Virus record (IMG/VR): IMGVR_UViG_3300033067_001192
Coordinates: 1-36,357 of that record
Source: a virus
Lineage: Duplodnaviria > Caudoviricetes
Reading direction: 5' to 3' (one strand)
DNA length: 36,357 bases
Below the pieces are notes generated by a model. That model had not been told where the DNA came from. It did not search any database and saw nothing but the letters and a program-made list of their open reading frames with translations. Below are positions 1 to 8,399 of the stretch, piece by piece; position 1 is the stretch's first letter, and every line of letters begins with the position of its first letter. Made by a program: the position numbers and the translations under genes.

Positions 1-2880
1 TGGGCGTCAGCAAATCCAGTATTAGCAATCGGTGAACCGGGCTACGAAACTAATACCGGAAAAATCAAATACGGTGATGGATCTTCCGCGTGGAACGATT
101 TGGGTTACGCTCAGACCGAGGGAACGCCCGGTGCTACCGGACCACAAGGAAATGTTGGCGCAACTGGTGCAACTGGACCACAAGGCGCCACAGGGCCACA
201 AGGCGCCACAGGGCCACAAGGCGATGTTGGTGCAACTGGCTCTACTGGTGCCACTGGTCCACAAGGTGAAGTAGGCGCAACCGGCGCTACTGGTCCACAA
301 GGATCTACTGGTCCACAAGGCGATGTAGGTGCTACCGGCTTAACAGGTGCTACTGGAGCAACCGGTCCACAAGGAGATGTTGGTGCAACTGGTCCACAAG
401 GCGATGTTGGTGCAACTGGCTTAACGGGAGCTACTGGTGCAACTGGTGTCCAAGGAGATGTTGGTGCCACTGGTGCAACAGGTCCACAGGGCGATGTTGG
501 TGCTACTGGCCCACAAGGAGATGTTGGTGCTACTGGCCCACAAGGAGATGTTGGTGCTACTGGCCCACAAGGTACTTCTATTAATGTACTAGGTTCAGTT
601 GCAACGGTTCCGAATTTACCAGTTTCTGGTAACGTCAATGATGCATATATTGTCGATGCAGATGGAGACTTGTATGTTTGGGGAGGCTCTAGTTGGTCTA
701 GCGTTGGTCAAATAGTTGGCCCAACTGGTCCACAAGGCAACACTGGTGCAACTGGTCCACAAGGTGATGTTGGTGCCACTGGTGCAACTGGACCACAGGG
801 CGATGTTGGTGCCACAGGGCCACAAGGTGACACCGGTGCTACTGGATTACAGGGCGATACCGGAGCAACTGGTGCTACAGGTCCAATTGGTGCCACAGGG
901 CCACAGGGCGATACCGGAGCAACTGGTTTACAGGGAGATATCGGTGCTACCGGACCACAAGGAAATGTTGGTGCAACGGGTGCAACTGGTCCACAAGGAA
1001 ATACAGGCGACACAGGTGCAACAGGACCACAAGGCGATGTTGGCGCAACTGGTGCAACTGGCCCACAAGGAGCAGCTGGATTACAAGGCGACACAGGTGC
1101 AACTGGACCGCAGGGCGATGTAGGTGCCACTGGTGCAACTGGTGCTACTGGACCACAGGGCGATGTAGGTGCCACTGGTGCAACTGGCGATGTAGGTGCC
1201 ACTGGTGCAACTGGACCACAAGGCGAAGTTGGTGCTACTGGTGCTACAGGACCGCAGGGTGTTATTGGTGATGTTGGCGCAACTGGTGCAACAGGGCCAC
1301 AAGGCGCTACTGGACCACAAGGCGATGTTGGTGCAACTGGACCACAAGGCGATGTTGGTGCAACTGGTGCTACTGGTGCAACTGGTCCACAAGGGAATAC
1401 AGGGGATACTGGTGCAACTGGTCCACAAGGCGATGTTGGTGCTACTGGTGCTACTGGTCCACAAGGAGCCAGCGGTTTACAGGGCGATGTTGGTGCAACT
1501 GGTCCACAAGGCGATGTTGGTGCAACTGGTGCTACTGGTGAAGTTGGTGCAACTGGTCCTGCTGGTGCGGACGGATCCAATGGAACTAGCGTAACTATTG
1601 CTGGAGATGTTCCAAACTCAGCTAGTTTGCCTGATGGTACTGGATTTGCTGTTGGTACTGGATTAATTGCTGCTGATACTGGTCATTTGTGGGTATGGAA
1701 CGGAAGCAGTTTCAATGATGTTGGTCAAATCAAAGGAGACCCAGGTGCAACTGGTCCACAGGGCGATGTAGGTGCAACTGGTGCAACTGGTCCACAAGGC
1801 GACACAGGCTTGCAAGGCGATGTAGGTGCAACTGGCCCAGAAGGAATGATGGGGCCACAAGGAGATGTTGGTGCAACAGGTGCAACAGGTCCACAGGGCG
1901 ATGTTGGTGCTACCGGTCCAATAGGTGCCACTGGCGTTCAAGGTGATGTTGGCGCCACTGGTGCAACTGGTTTACAGGGCGATGTTGGTGCTACTGGTGC
2001 TACTGGTCCACAAGGAGATGTTGGCGCCACTGGTGCAACAGGTCCACAAGGTGATGTTGGAGTTACTGGTGCTACTGGTGCAACTGGTCCACAAGGTGAT
2101 GTTGGTGCTACCGGTGCAACTGGACCACAGGGTGATGTTGGTGCTACTGGTCCAATAGGTGCTACCGGGTTACAAGGTGACGTTGGTGCTACTGGTGCTA
2201 CTGGTTTACAGGGTGATGTTGGTGCAACTGGACCGCAGGGCGCCACTGGACCGCAGGGTGATGTTGGTGCAACTGGTGCTACCGGGTTACAAGGTGATGT
2301 GGGTGCAACTGGTCCAATTGGTGCAACAGGACCACAGGGCGATGTAGGTGCCACGGGTGCAACTGGAGTTGAGGGCCCAACTGGCGCAACAGGACCAATT
2401 GGCGCAACAGGTCCACAAGGAGATGTTGGTGCAACTGGTTTACAGGGCGATGTTGGTGCAACTGGTGCAACTGGACCACAGGGCGCCACTGGACCACAAG
2501 GCGATGTTGGTGCAACTGGTGCTACTGGCCCAGCCGGAGCCGATTCGACTATGACATACGTTGCTAGATCTGCTAGCTTTACCGCAGTGTCTGGGACTGT
2601 GTATGTACTAGATTCTACATCGGGCGCATATACTATGACATTGCCAGCAACCCCGGCAGCCGGCGATTGGGTCAAAGTATACGACATTGAAAACAAATGG
2701 AGCACTAACAACTTTACTGTCAATGGCAACGGAGTTAATGTTAGAACCTGGAGCCAGGGTAGCGGAACTTACAGTGCTGCCGCTAGCACAGTAACAATTG
2801 TACAAACGCTCATTTCACCAATTGGTGTATTGGCAATGACTGTGTATTACAACGGTACTGTTTGGACTGCAATGGCTTAA
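1..2880 (+). CDS. Collagen-like tail fibre/virion fibre protein, 5'-truncated, with Mtd-N-type N-terminal domain
   Basis: Frame +1 is open from base 1 ([36 protein letters not shown], typical of the major tropism determinant N-terminal motif). Hundreds of G-X-Y triplets (GAT/GPQ/GDV) follow, with two W-containing spacers and a C-terminal beta-rich domain. The true start lies upstream of the window, not at 100. Confidence 0.9.
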   Translation, partial: WASANPVLAIGEPGYETNTGKIKYGDGSSAWNDLGYAQTEGTPGATGPQGNVGATGATGPQGATGPQGATGPQGDVGATGSTGATGPQGEVGATGATGPQGSTGPQGDVGATGLTGATGATGPQGDVGATGPQGDVGATGLTGATGATGVQGDVGATGATGPQGDVGATGPQGDVGATGPQGDVGATGPQGTSINVLGSVATVPNLPVSGNVNDAYIVDADGDLYVWGGSSWSSVGQIVGPTGPQGNTGATGPQGDVGATGATGPQGDVGATGPQGDTGATGLQGDTGATGATGPIGATGPQGDTGATGLQGDIGATGPQGNVGATGATGPQGNTGDTGATGPQGDVGATGATGPQGAAGLQGDTGATGPQGDVGATGATGATGPQGDVGATGATGDVGATGATGPQGEVGATGATGPQGVIGDVGATGATGPQGATGPQGDVGATGPQGDVGATGATGATGPQGNTGDTGATGPQGDVGATGATGPQGASGLQGDVGATGPQGDVGATGATGEVGATGPAGADGSNGTSVTIAGDVPNSASLPDGTGFAVGTGLIAADTGHLWVWNGSSFNDVGQIKGDPGATGPQGDVGATGATGPQGDTGLQGDVGATGPEGMMGPQGDVGATGATGPQGDVGATGPIGATGVQGDVGATGATGLQGDVGATGATGPQGDVGATGATGPQGDVGVTGATGATGPQGDVGATGATGPQGDVGATGPIGATGLQGDVGATGATGLQGDVGATGPQGATGPQGDVGATGATGLQGDVGATGPIGATGPQGDVGATGATGVEGPTGATGPIGATGPQGDVGATGLQGDVGATGATGPQGATGPQGDVGATGATGPAGADSTMTYVARSASFTAVSGTVYVLDSTSGAYTMTLPATPAAGDWVKVYDIENKWSTNNFTVNGNGVNVRTWSQGSGTYSAAASTVTIVQTLISPIGVLAMTVYYNGTVWTAMA
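121..2540 (+). repeat. Coding tandem repeats of 9-bp collagen triplet units ([12 protein letters not shown])n
   Basis: Degenerate repeats such as ggtccacaaggcgatgttggtgcaact with synonymous third-position variation. Confidence 0.95.
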
Positions 2881-2902
2881 CGCTAGTTTAATCTAACGCA
2901 AG

Positions 2903-2928
2903 AAAAGCACTCTTAGGAGTGCTTTTTC
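2903..2928 (+). terminator. Rho-independent terminator
   Basis: aaaagcactc-ttag-gagtgctttt perfect stem with T tract, just after the fibre gene. Confidence 0.85.
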
Positions 2929-2941
2929 ACAACAGTGCGGG

Positions 2942-2969
2942 TTGATTTTTTAAAAACTTTTGTTAAAAT
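2942..2969 (+). promoter_or_regulatory. Sigma70-like promoter
   Basis: TTGATT-16 nt-TAAAAT with extended -10 TG, upstream of ATG 2993. Confidence 0.55.
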
Positions 2970-2992
2970 TTAATTTTTAACAAGGGGGTAAT

Positions 2993-3889
2993 ATGCTTCG
3001 AAAAATTTTTATAGCATTACTAATGTTTGCATCTACATTGGTGTATGCTGGATTTAATCCTAGGCAATCAACTGTACGAGTAGTGGTGCCTTATGCACCT
3101 GGGGGCGGGCCCGACACTGTGTATCGAATATTCGAATACTATGCTGCAAAACACAATATTGAAATGGTTCCGGTGCATAGACCTGGCGCAGACGGGCAAA
3201 TTGGCATAGCATATGCAGAAACTGTCAAACCCGACGGGTATAATTTAATGCTAACAATTGCCGGGGATTTATCGCTACGGGATTATTCTAAAAACTTTTA
3301 TCCAGTATCTGCAATATGTCAGACATCGATGTACATTGTAACTTCGGTGAACTCTGAGGTCAATAACTTATCTGACTTATATGCTCACATGAGAGCTGAT
3401 CCGAAAAAGTTAAGTTGGGCCAATTCATCTAAGAGCATTGATCGAGACATCAACTGGATTGCTCGCAAACATAATACATCACTTGGCGATCTAATCTTTA
3501 CACGATACAACAAGGGCGGGCCGCTAGCAGTAGCCGGGGGTCACGTTGATATTGGTATATGGCCTGCAAGCATAGTGGAGAGTCTAGTACTTTCTAACAA
3601 ATTAAAAGTACTAGGAAAATATCAAGCAATCGATCCTGCACCGACAGGAACTCAAAGCATAGAGCAGACCCTGGGCAAAATGGACCGATTGAACGGCTAC
3701 GGAGTTTTCTTACCAGCAAGTACTAGTACAGAAGTGCAAGAGTACTGGTCCAGATTTGTAGAACAGTTTAAAAATGATCCAGAAGTGCAACAAATGTTAA
3801 GAAATAAGTTCTTCACTATGTTTCCTCCCGGCAACAAAGTACTAATAGGTATAATCGACTACAATCGGGAGATTGCTAAAAATGACTAA
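2993..3889 (+). CDS. Tripartite tricarboxylate transporter substrate-binding protein (Bug/TctC family)
   Basis: Signal peptide; motifs VVVPYAPGGGPD, HRPGADGQIG, KPDGYNLML and VAGGHVD. Confidence 0.85.
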   Translation: MLRKIFIALLMFASTLVYAGFNPRQSTVRVVVPYAPGGGPDTVYRIFEYYAAKHNIEMVPVHRPGADGQIGIAYAETVKPDGYNLMLTIAGDLSLRDYSKNFYPVSAICQTSMYIVTSVNSEVNNLSDLYAHMRADPKKLSWANSSKSIDRDINWIARKHNTSLGDLIFTRYNKGGPLAVAGGHVDIGIWPASIVESLVLSNKLKVLGKYQAIDPAPTGTQSIEQTLGKMDRLNGYGVFLPASTSTEVQEYWSRFVEQFKNDPEVQQMLRNKFFTMFPPGNKVLIGIIDYNREIAKND

Positions 3890-4538
3890 GAAGTCGATGA
3901 TATGGATCGGCGAGTCAACTCGTAAGATTGAAGTTGTTGACAGACAAATAGTACATTGCAAAACTTTTGGCGATTTTGTAAGCTATTTTATGTCAATATC
4001 GACCCCAGAGCAGCTTCCTTGTAACATTTCTTTGTCTATACCGGATGTATTTGAGAATGGTTTAATAGACCCAATGGAATATATTAAATGTTATACTAAC
4101 TTTATTAAACTAACTAATCAACGATTTGGTACAGTTTCAGATACTATTGATATAAGTGTCAGGGTTGGTACACAATTAATGACACGTAAACAGGCTGAAA
4201 TTCTGCAGAATACTAACGTTGTTGGTATTGGGCCCATGCAAGCTGTATATGGAAAGGATGCACTCCTAGATGTATTCAATGATCGAAAAAAATACGGTGC
4301 GTCCTGGCCTGAGTATTTGATATCGAATAGGAATTGTAATAACTCAGATGTTATTACATTAACCGAGCGCCAGCAAGTTATATTTGATCTTATACGAAAC
4401 CGTGGTGTAAGTAACAAACAAATCGCGAAGTATCTAAATATTAGTGAAAGTGCTGTCAAATTTCATGTAGGGCACATTTTAAAGAAGTATAGTTTAAAGA
4501 ATCGAACGCAATTAGCGGCCCTGAAAAAATCGGTATAA
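3882..4538 (+). CDS. LuxR/NarL-family regulator (C-terminal HTH, unrecognised N-terminal domain)
   Basis: LTERQQVIFDLI..GVSNKQIAKYLNISESAVKFHVGHILKKYSLKNRTQL; ATG 3882 overlaps the upstream stop. Confidence 0.85.
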   Translation: MTKKSMIWIGESTRKIEVVDRQIVHCKTFGDFVSYFMSISTPEQLPCNISLSIPDVFENGLIDPMEYIKCYTNFIKLTNQRFGTVSDTIDISVRVGTQLMTRKQAEILQNTNVVGIGPMQAVYGKDALLDVFNDRKKYGASWPEYLISNRNCNNSDVITLTERQQVIFDLIRNRGVSNKQIAKYLNISESAVKFHVGHILKKYSLKNRTQLAALKKSV

Positions 4539-4626
4539 TACTGGAGTACAGGCTAGCCCCAAGTACAAGTTTTTCTTCGAATATTGTACCTAAGTACATA
4601 TAGCAATTAGTATATGGAGGTACAAC

Positions 4627-4851
4627 ATGCAACTTGAAACAATACACAATATTTCGGAAAAATTAACCCCAAGACAAACGCAAGTCTTAAAATTAATTTG
4701 CCACCGAGGTCTCAGTAACAAAGCTATTGGTAACATCTTAAAGATATCTGAAAGCACAGTTAAAATTCACACAAGTGCAATTCTTAGATGCTACGGTGTT
4801 AAAAATAGAACACAATTAGTTCTTGCGTATAGCAATAATTTAAGAGCGTGA
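4627..4851 (+). CDS. Stand-alone LuxR-type HTH regulator (GerE-like architecture, 74 aa)
   Basis: LTPRQTQVLKLI..GLSNKAIGNILKISESTVKIHTSAILRCYGVKNRTQL; GGAGG RBS. Confidence 0.9.
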   Translation: MQLETIHNISEKLTPRQTQVLKLICHRGLSNKAIGNILKISESTVKIHTSAILRCYGVKNRTQLVLAYSNNLRA

Positions 4852-4852
4852 T

Positions 4853-5053
4853 ATGCCCGAGCTCGGACTTGGTGCGCCAAGTAATCGGTTGTCTGAGTAT
4901 ACCGTTGACATTACTATTAGCAGTGATCTTGGTAAGATAAATTATAGAATTTTGATAACACGATACTGCCCCAATCAACCGCCATTTCCTTTTGAAATGC
5001 TGCTAACCTACGACCAGTATGTGATATTCCAACAAATGTTTGCAGTGCCATAG
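4853..5053 (+). CDS. Hypothetical protein
   Basis: Abuts the upstream stop and is followed by a terminator-like hairpin. Confidence 0.6.
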   Translation: MPELGLGAPSNRLSEYTVDITISSDLGKINYRILITRYCPNQPPFPFEMLLTYDQYVIFQQMFAVP

Positions 5054-5076
5054 TACTGAAGCACATACTAATACCC

Positions 5077-5101
5077 AAGCCTGGCTTTTGCTGGGCTTTT
5101 T
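5077..5101 (+). terminator. Rho-independent terminator
   Basis: aagcctggc-tttt-gctgggctt stem (two G-U pairs) followed by a T run. Confidence 0.65.
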
Positions 5102-5117
5102 CATTTTAAGTATTATT

Positions 5118-5242
5118 AACTCGGTCAACAAAACGAGATTCAAATATCGAACATGTTGTTCGATGTCCCGACTTCATATAGGAAAGGGTCCTGTGTGCAG
5201 TCAAATATCACTAGGGTTTAATCTATGCGACTAAGAGTCATA
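5118..5242 (+). other. Candidate structured 5' leader or ncRNA
   Basis: Consecutive hairpins: ctcg..cgag (5120-5137), atatcgaaca/tgttcgatgt (5144-5166), gact-catatagga/tcctgtgtg-agtc (5170-5202), gact-aag-agtc near 5229-5239. Confidence 0.4.
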
Positions 5243-5296
5243 ATATTTTAATTATAGCAAAAACCTTAGTAAATTTTAACTTTAAAGGAAAATAAA

Positions 5297-5851
5297 ATGG
5301 CTGATATGTTAACAACTGATCCGTTCTTTAACCTAACTAACCAGGTAGCTGGTGTTCGCGAAAAAGTATCGGATTCTATTTTTGAAAACTACAAACTACA
5401 AGTCGCTCAAACTAACGACATCAACAACCGCGCTATGCAAGTGGCATTGCATGATGCAACTGCATTGGCAGATCTAAAGCAAGCCGTTGCAGAAGGCACT
5501 TTGCAAACCATGTTGGCAGCTGGTCGTACAGATGCTGCAATCGGACAAACCGCTGCCGCAACAATGCGTGCCATTATGGAACAAGGCGAATTGACTCGTA
5601 ACTTAGTCAACGGTATCAATACTCAAAACTTGAATACTGCTTTGATTAACACTAACACAGCATTGTCTGGTTTAGGCGTTCAATTCGGTGGATTGGGTCT
5701 TGCTTACGGTGGTGCTGTTGCTGCTTATCAAAGCGCCAATAGCGTTAGCGCTGTAAATGCATTGGGTAGTGCTCTAGCTAGCAACGGTATCATCAATACC
5801 GGTACTCTAACTGGTGCTACACAGACTGCAACTCCAACAACAATTCGCTAA
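5297..5851 (+). CDS. Ala/Thr/Asn-rich putative structural protein, paralog A
   Basis: Strong RBS aaaggaaaataaaATG; about 80% identical by eye to 5904..6467; no Cys or Trp. Confidence 0.85.
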   Translation: MADMLTTDPFFNLTNQVAGVREKVSDSIFENYKLQVAQTNDINNRAMQVALHDATALADLKQAVAEGTLQTMLAAGRTDAAIGQTAAATMRAIMEQGELTRNLVNGINTQNLNTALINTNTALSGLGVQFGGLGLAYGGAVAAYQSANSVSAVNALGSALASNGIINTGTLTGATQTATPTTIR

Positions 5852-5856
5852 TAGTC

Positions 5857-5882
5857 AACTAGGGCAGGAATCTGCCCTAGTT
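5857..5882 (+). promoter_or_regulatory. Intergenic hairpin (mRNA stabiliser or partial terminator)
   Basis: Perfect 11-bp stem aactagggcag-gaat-ctgccctagtt. Confidence 0.7.
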
Positions 5883-5903
5883 TAAAACACAAAGGAAAAT
5901 AAA

Positions 5904-6467
5904 ATGGCTGATATTACATCATTGGCTACAGATCCGTTCTTTTATCTAACTAACCAGGTAGCTGGCGTTCGTGAAAAAGTTTCGGACTCTGTATTCGAAA
6001 ATTATAAACTACAAGTCGCTCAAACTAACGACATCAACAATCGAGCAATGCAGGTAGCATTGCAAAAAACTACTGCTCTTGCTGATTTAAAATCAGCAAC
6101 ATCGGCTGGTACGTTACAGACTATGCTGGCCGCAGCTCGTACAGATGCTGCGATCGGTCAAACTGCCGCGGCCACTATGAGAACAGTAATGGAACAAGGC
6201 GAATTGACACGCGGAGTAATCAATGGTATCAATACTCAAAACTTGAATACCGCATTGATTAACACTAACACCGCATTGTCGAGTCTTGGTACTCAGTTTG
6301 GTGGACTAGGTCTTGCATATGGTGGCGCAGTTTCTGCTTACCAAAGTGCAAACCAAGTTAGTGCTGTAAATGCACTCGGTAGCGCTTTAGCTAGTAACGG
6401 TATTATTAACACCGGAACTGCGGCAAACGTTGCACAAACTGGTACACCAACATCCATCGGCACTTAA
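5904..6467 (+). CDS. Ala/Thr/Asn-rich putative structural protein, paralog B
   Basis: Same RBS/start context (aaaggaaaataaaATGGCTGATAT) as paralog A; tandem duplicate. Confidence 0.85.
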   Translation: MADITSLATDPFFYLTNQVAGVREKVSDSVFENYKLQVAQTNDINNRAMQVALQKTTALADLKSATSAGTLQTMLAAARTDAAIGQTAAATMRTVMEQGELTRGVINGINTQNLNTALINTNTALSSLGTQFGGLGLAYGGAVSAYQSANQVSAVNALGSALASNGIINTGTAANVAQTGTPTSIGT

Positions 6468-6483
6468 TTTTAAGGAGAACAAC

Positions 6484-6660
6484 ATGATTGTATCTTCTTT
6501 TGGATTAGGTGGCTGGGGCTATCCTAGAGGCTACCTTGCTGCTGGACTTGGCTATCCATACGGCAGTGTATTTGGTTACCCGGGATGGGGATGCGGCTAT
6601 GGCTACCCAGGATACGGATGCTATGGCGGTTATGGATATCCATACCCACTATATCGCTAA
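6484..6660 (+). CDS. Small Gly/Tyr/Pro-rich protein (58 aa)
   Basis: AAGGAG RBS before ATG 6484; GYPYG, GCGYGYPGYGCYGGYGYPYP repeats. Confidence 0.8.
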   Translation: MIVSSFGLGGWGYPRGYLAAGLGYPYGSVFGYPGWGCGYGYPGYGCYGGYGYPYPLYR

Positions 6661-6667
6661 CCTAAAC

Positions 6668-6699
6668 AGCGGGCTAATTCACAAGATTGGCCCGCTTTT
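6668..6699 (+). terminator. Terminator-like hairpin
   Basis: agcgggctaat-7 nt-attggcccgct followed by ttt. Confidence 0.6.
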
Positions 6700-6713
6700 A
6701 AAAAAGGAAAAAT

Positions 6714-6908
6714 ATGTACTCACACTATCTATACCCAGTTTACAGATTTCCGGGCTACGGCTACGGCGGATACGGATACCCATATGGTTATCCAACATTT
6801 GGTTACGGTTACGGCAATTACATCGGAAGTGCATTTGGTTATAATAACCTAATCAACACCGGTACTGCCTCAGATATTACTCAAATTGCTAGCCCGATTG
6901 TAATATAA
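6714..6908 (+). CDS. Small Gly/Tyr-rich protein with shared C-terminal INTGT tag
   Basis: aaggaaaaatATG; GYGYGGYGYPYGYP; ends NYIGSAFGYNNLINTGTASDITQIASPIVI. Confidence 0.8.
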   Translation: MYSHYLYPVYRFPGYGYGGYGYPYGYPTFGYGYGNYIGSAFGYNNLINTGTASDITQIASPIVI

Positions 6909-6909
6909 A

Positions 6910-7611
6910 ATGTATAAAAAGATCACACACGATATACGGGAAGAACACTATGATCATCCCGCATCTTTGCCTGCTCATATGCAAGCTGAATTAATTCAAC
7001 CCTCTAGTCAAGGTAGTCTACCGTCCTGGCTAATAAACGAACAAACTATGTTATTTAGGATGGACTCGAGAACTGCCTGGTCAAAATGGGCATTTTCGTT
7101 GCTAAACTATTCTATTAGTTTGAACGGAGATTTGCCTGGCACTGACCAAGTTAAAGGGAGAGTTAATAAGAATGCAATGATATTGGGCGATTTTTTAGTC
7201 CCTTATTATGGACTAACAGCTGGCAACACGTTTGCATCTGCTCTTATCTCAATTAACGACGTTGGCATGCATTATGTTAATGCATTAAAGGAAGGAAAAC
7301 CTACAGACAACATAGTTGAATTATGGGAACCACTTGTGTATGACATTGGAAAAATTATGTCAGAGCTTAATCCAGTATACTGGCCCGATGCGTTAATATG
7401 TGACATGTTCAAAAACTTAGTTCTAGCTTGGCAGCAGCAATTGACTGCAAGGACCAATGGTGATATTGTAGCTGACGAAATTGCAATCGATCACATTAAT
7501 AAAATTGTAGTCACTGGATTGCCTAATCATATTAGGGCCGGCTATAGTAGCATTGCAGATACGTTCAGTCGTGGTATTATTGCCCAATTTCCAGATATGT
7601 TTATGGTGTAA
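6910..7611 (+). CDS. Helical-bundle protein resembling an uncharacterised Bacillota family often mis-annotated 'acetylglutamate kinase', paralog 1
   Basis: Motifs R.AW, LP, PYYG..AG..F, W......I...MSELNP.YW, GD..ADEIAID, ADTFSRGIIAQFP..F (family recalled from memory, not searched). Confidence 0.6.
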   Translation: MYKKITHDIREEHYDHPASLPAHMQAELIQPSSQGSLPSWLINEQTMLFRMDSRTAWSKWAFSLLNYSISLNGDLPGTDQVKGRVNKNAMILGDFLVPYYGLTAGNTFASALISINDVGMHYVNALKEGKPTDNIVELWEPLVYDIGKIMSELNPVYWPDALICDMFKNLVLAWQQQLTARTNGDIVADEIAIDHINKIVVTGLPNHIRAGYSSIADTFSRGIIAQFPDMFMV

Positions 7612-7616
7612 TCGAT

Positions 7617-7871
7617 ATGGCATTAATTACTACTTCTTCTAAAATTGGCAATCCAGACATAGAGTATTCTAGTTTGGAAACACACGTGGTTATGTCTCTG
7701 GAGCGTTATAAAGCTATCGAGGCACGATTAAGCAAAGCTGAGCTAGGTATAGAAAATGTGCAAGCTCAAATAAAAACAAACAGACTCTATATTATAGGAG
7801 CAACATCAACAGTGTTAGCGGGTATATGCAGCACATTAATTACTCTTATGATAGCAGTTCAAAAGTTTTAA
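7617..7871 (+). CDS. Small coiled-coil protein with a C-terminal transmembrane helix
   Basis: SLETHVVMSLERYKAIEARL coiled coil, then hydrophobic LYIIGATSTVLAGICSTLITLMIAV. Confidence 0.7.
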   Translation: MALITTSSKIGNPDIEYSSLETHVVMSLERYKAIEARLSKAELGIENVQAQIKTNRLYIIGATSTVLAGICSTLITLMIAVQKF

Positions 7872-7880
7872 GGAGTATAT

Positions 7881-8399
7881 ATGAATATCGAAGATACTAA
7901 ACACAGATTCGAAGCACTAAAAATGGCACGAGAATTGCTAAACGAAGAGTATATCAATCGGCGCGCCGAAGATCATAACAAATGGATCGCTGAATGTGAT
8001 ATTGCATGGAAGACAAAAGGTATTAAATTACCATACCCGGCATTTGCGCCGTATCCTTCGGAAGCAGAGATACTAGCACGGGCCTCCACCCTCTATAGTT
8101 TTATCAGCTCTAAAGCGGCCGAAACAGCCCAGCCTGATACTACAGAAACAAATCCATGGTCCACTACGCTTTCTTCTCCGTTACTAGCGCAAACAGAAGC
8201 CCCGACTACTACCACTGCTCCCGAGCCAGTTGTATCAGCAAACATTTCAGAAGCTTCCCCGGAGCCAGCTCTGCCAACTATAGAACAGGCGCCGGTCATA
8301 CCAAAGCCTTTGTTTGCAATGGCACCAACACCGGCGCCAACATCTGCATTAAAGAACATGCTACCAAGTTGGTTGCAAAATAAGGACGGCAATGTTTAA
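7881..8399 (+). CDS. Hypothetical phage protein (helical N-terminus, Pro/Thr/Ala-rich tail)
   Basis: AAGGAG RBS; RFEALKMARELL...YPSEAEILARA motif followed by low-complexity tail. Confidence 0.75.
   Translation: MNIEDTKHRFEALKMARELLNEEYINRRAEDHNKWIAECDIAWKTKGIKLPYPAFAPYPSEAEILARASTLYSFISSKAAETAQPDTTETNPWSTTLSSPLLAQTEAPTTTTAPEPVVSANISEASPEPALPTIEQAPVIPKPLFAMAPTPAPTSALKNMLPSWLQNKDGNV

Noticed and set aside
1-110. Diversity-generating retroelement suggested by the Mtd-N domain
   Set aside because: No reverse transcriptase and no template/variable repeat pair differing only at adenines is seen in the window; Mtd-N is a common fibre anchor
121-2540. CRISPR-like periodicity
   Set aside because: Repeats are in-frame codon-degenerate triplets with no unique spacers
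22-2805. Many alternative-frame and antisense ORFs (PVAPTSPCG repeats, LVQLV repeats)
   Set aside because: They are shadows of the collagen repeat, which lacks stops in other frames
5040-5234. 64-aa ORF from the track
   Set aside because: TTG start without RBS, and it runs through a terminator and hairpin-rich leader
5297-6467. R-body Reb or gas-vesicle GvpA identity; DGR TR/VR pair
   Set aside because: The proteins are longer and lack Reb (VNxQITD) and GvpA signature motifs; differences between the copies are not adenine-specific
6509-6844. 111-aa alternative-frame ORF
   Set aside because: It overlaps two RBS-supported Gly-Tyr genes and crosses a terminator-like hairpin
6910-7611. True acetylglutamate kinase (argB)
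   Set aside because: No amino-acid-kinase motifs (K.GG, HGGG) are present; the label is a likely database mis-annotation of the family
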